Below, in pieces: positions 60,417 through 64,000 of a DNA stretch of 64,000 nt; position 1 is the first letter of the stretch, and each line of letters starts with the position of its first letter. The notes under the pieces were generated by a model. That model saw only the letters and a list, made by a program, of their open reading frames with translations. It had not been told where the DNA came from and ran no database searches. Source of the DNA: Podarcis melisellensis (lineage: Eukaryota); the NCBI GenBank assembly GCA_964234715.1, contig OZ174281.1; one strand, 5' to 3'. The translations under genes were made by a program, and so were the position numbers.

Positions 60417-60760
60417 TTTTATTTATATCCCACCCTCCCCAGCTGAAGCCGGCCTCAGGGCGGCTAACAACAATAAAATAATACAACATTCTAAAATCAT
60501 TTCATTAAAATTAATTCAACTCAAATTGATGGCAACCATTAGGCTAAAGTTCTGTGAAGATTGCCAAAGGAGGGAGTCAGGCTGTGCCCTGGCCAAAGGC
60601 CTGGTGGAACAGCTCTGTCTTGCAGGCCCTGCGGAAAGATGTCAAGTTCCGCAGGGCCCTAGTCTCTTGTGACAGAGCGTTCCACCAGATCGGAGCCACA
60701 GCCGAAAAAGCCCTGGCTCTAGCTGAGGCCAGCCTAACCTCTCTGTGGCCTGGACCTTCA
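60369..60760 (-). mobile_element. L2 LINE 3' end with (TAA)n tail (60369-60416)
   Basis: ARARAFSAVAPIWWNALSQETRALRNLTSFRRACKTELFHQAF. Confidence 0.88.
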
Positions 60761-61786
60761 GGATGATTTTGTTTGAAGACCGTAATGCATGAGGGCAGGT
60801 TTTTGTTTTTGTGTAACATTATGTGTGTATATATGCAGATTTAGAAACGCTTACAATATCTGAAACTGAAATGCAGTATATCTCATTCTACTGGGGGAGA
60901 GTGTAACTAGTCTTGGTGCTTTTGATGGACAGACACAAGGCCACTGCTCTCCCCTCTGAGGGTTATTTATCTCTAAGCTGCAGTTGGATCTGACAGTCCT
61001 TCAAAGAGAAGACTCCCTCAAACAGAGAGCTGTCCTCTTTAACGTAGTCCATATGGCCGCCCTACTGGTGCATAAGAGGCCTCCAGATCATCATGCTAGT
61101 TTCATGTTATTATTTTTAACAATTGCTCTGAATATGGAAATACAATGTGGAAATGATTTCCCCAAACCCTCCTTCCCCATCACAAAGGATTCCCAAGTTT
61201 CAAATTTATGGTACCCTCTTGGTCAAATGACTAGTGCTAACACGAAGGGAAGAAGTCTGTTACATGCAAGAGTCAGGAATGGAGGGGGAGAAGACTTTCT
61301 GCTTAATGTCATCATTAGAATGGCGCTGACCTAATGGCCTAGAGATTTCCATTTTCATTTTGAGATCGGTATCCACTTGTGTCATGTTCCAGAGAAAAGT
61401 ACCCACAACTGTAGCAGTGCTGGCTGAAGATCACACAAACGTTCGAGCAAGAAGATTTATATACTGCTAATACATAAACCATTTACGTCACTTGTTTTAA
61501 TTATCCTAGGTGGCTGTGATATTTTATTTTATGAACTTTCTAGCTTTGTTATGATCTCCCTCCCTTCTTTTTATTTAAAAAGGGCAACTTTAACTGAAAC
61601 ATAATGTGTAGATCCATCACTTAAATATCCAGGAACCTTTAAAAATAGCTTATTAGATTTGTACATGATGATTGCTACCAGCTTAAGATATTCATCTAGG
61701 TCACAGCTGAAAAAGAAGTATGCAACTAACACCATATGACCATTGGTGGTGGGGATTTGACTTTCTTTTTCAAACCCTGGTCACTT

Positions 61787-61994
61787 GTTATTTATTTATT
61801 GCATTTATATCCCACCATCCCCCCCCCCGCCCCAGGAACTTAAGGTAGCCTACACAATTCTCCCCCTCATCATTTAACCCCCACAACAATCCCCACAACT
61901 GAAAGGTACTGAGCTTCATGACCAGACAGGGATTTGAACCTTGGTCTCTCAGCTCCAAGCCCAACATTCTAACCACAATACCACACTGCCTCTC
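61787..61994 (-). mobile_element. Older Squam3/MIR-like SINE
   Basis: Minus strand GAGAGGCAGTGTGGTATTGTGG...GGTTCAAATCC and (TAAA)n tail. Confidence 0.75.
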
Positions 61995-62675
61995 ATCACG
62001 TTGCATTATTTTATTTAGCATTTACTTGCATCCTTTTTAAAAGATGTTTTTCAAAGGTAATACAAACTTAATGAATAACGTTCAAATCTTGGGTTACAGA
62101 GTCTGTCGCTCACAATGCAACAATACATAAAAGCCAAACGCGCCAAGCTCTTCTGCAAACCCTTACAATGTTAGCTCCTGTTGTCAGCAAGTAGGCGAAT
62201 CTCTCGAAAAAGACCTCTGCAGAATGGGAGGATGAGGGCTAACTCTATTAGAATCCACATAGGAAATGAAGGAAAAACTATTTTCCTAGGAAGGTGTTCT
62301 GTTGTAGGTCACTCAAAGCCAACCTAAACTGTTGCTTGCACTTTTCAGTCAAAGCCACCGGTCAGATTCTAGTATGCCACCTACTCATGAAGAACTCATC
62401 TCTGCATTCTCCTTTCATGGCCCCTTTATAAAGGTTGTGTGTGAGTATCGGATTTCCAGAAAGTTTTGAAACACAGTTTATGGTGTTGAATGACAATCTT
62501 CATTCTCAGGAAGCCTTAGTATGCAAAATATTTGTGTGTGTATTTGTGTTTATTTCCACCACATTGAAATACTTTTCACATCCTTGCCTTGAGCAAGAAG
62601 TGTTATTGCAAACAAATCAAATGCTATAAAGATTCCTATGATCTTGTCATTTCTTTCCACATTTCCCATATTCTC

Positions 62676-62733
62676 TTACAAGAGTTTTCTGCAACTGGCA
62701 ATAATTACAAGAGTTTTCTACAACTGGCAATAA
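62676..62733. repeat. 29-bp tandem duplication
   Basis: ttacaagagttttct(g/a)caactggcaataa twice. Confidence 0.9.
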
Positions 62734-63178
62734 AAGATTTTTTTCACTTGCAAAGTGAAATATGAGAGAGTTGACATCTTCTTTGGCATTCTGCCACACA
62801 TGCCTTCTTCCTACTCTTCCTGTGACACCGAGACATCATGCTCCATTAACAGAAGTCATCTTTTAATTTCATTAGTCATCAAGCATAATCAGGGATGAAT
62901 CATTTAAACCATCCTTTCACTGCTAACTTGCCAGCAATATAATTTTTAACACGATCTCCCTGGATAACCCTTGGGCTGCCCAAAGACTGGATTCATAAAT
63001 TGGAAAATGTTTTTCTTATCCGTACCCTACCTTCAGAACTTGACCTATGCTGTCCAGACCAGGTCCACCATTTTAAGGCATCGTGCTAAGGAGGACCTCC
63101 AGGTGACTGAGGGCCTTGAAGGGTAGAACGACTCTGATTTCTTAATAGGTACGAAGAAGTGAGGTAGTTGCTCTAGCT

Positions 63179-63296
63179 CAGGCTCCCTCAACCTTGGCCT
63201 ACAACTCCCATGATTCCTAGCTAGCAGGACCAGTGGTCAGGGATGTTGGGAATTGTGGTCTCAAAACATCTGGAGGGCCAAGTTTGAGTAAGCCTG
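63179..63296. mobile_element. hAT (Charlie-like) MITE
   Basis: CAGGCT...AGCCTG; perfect 8-bp TSD ctctagct at 63171-63178 and 63297-63304 (TCTAG-type target). Confidence 0.88.
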
Positions 63297-64000
63297 CTCT
63301 AGCTCATCTCTGTCAGTTACAATATTAACTGGTGACTTGATACGGGTGAAACAACTATCACAAATCCAGCACCAGCCATAGAATAACTATTGTGGCTCAG
63401 TTCACTTTTTAGTACAAATTTACTTATTTCACAAATAATGCACAAGCAAAAAGCCTTTGAAATCTGCTGTTCTTGTCCCACCCCCAAAGTGTACAAAAGT
63501 ATATGTATTAGGGTATATTAGTGTATATTATGTGTATATTAGAGAAATGCATGCTAAGATGCTGACAAATTTCCACGAGGACTTTAAAATAAAATAAAAT
63601 CGCAGAAATGCAGCAAAATGAATTTAGCATTGGAAAGTTGAGAAAGTGGGAGAAAGCAAAATGCACATCATTTATCCCTTTTGCACATCACCTCATAGCA
63701 CTTCAGCAGAACACTGTGGATGGAGGCGGTTCACGCATTCAAGATTGAGTCCTCTTAGTACTGAGCTGAAAATAGCTCCTGCTTTCTTGGCTCCATTTAC
63801 GGGCTGTGAAACTAGGGAGGCATTTCAGTAATTGTACTCAGGGAAAGGAGAAAAACTAAAACAAGAAAAGAAAAAGAAATTGGGCTGGGAAGCTTACTGG
63901 GACAAGCAGTAGTGACTTTTTGGGATTTGGGATTTGTCTGAATCTGGTGCACAGCTCTGTTCCCTCATCCGTCTCACGCATAGCCAACTCCTCCCCTGAA

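Noticed and set aside
1-64000. CRISPR arrays, operons or prokaryotic defence systems
   Set aside because: Eukaryotic repeat-rich DNA with no regularly spaced repeat-spacer array and no long intact ORFs.

Overview
Vertebrate genomic DNA from a squamate reptile. The repeat inventory (Sauria SINE, Squam3-like SINE, BovB, L2, CR1, Rex1) points to a lizard, most likely a lacertid. The only host coding sequence I can support is the last coding exon of TRIQK (5407-5520, + strand, EVSLILGAILVFLVACYAFFYLNLSEEVDLELDQDEN*). Bases 1-5406 are its last intron, and the rest is 3' UTR followed by gene-poor DNA that in human synteny leads toward RUNX1T1. The window is a mosaic of transposon relics: Sauria SINEs and BovB 3' ends with TSDs, L2/CR1/RTE/Rex1 fragments, Tc1/mariner and hAT MITEs, five unrelated solo LTRs and two CpG-rich DIRS/Ngaro-like solo repeats. 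It also has microsatellites, a 158-nt N gap and repeat-free blocks that may be enhancers. The most interesting signals are: (i) the two Ngaro-like repeats are diverged in sequence but share a ~290-nt multi-stem RNA fold with compensatory changes and both sit at AGAA^C without a TSD; (ii) an exact Tc1/mariner-type excision footprint inside a (TAA)n tail; (iii) covarying 3' hairpins in Sauria SINE subfamilies; (iv) several nested insertions that order transposon activity in time. Family names come from recognised motifs, not from database searches.
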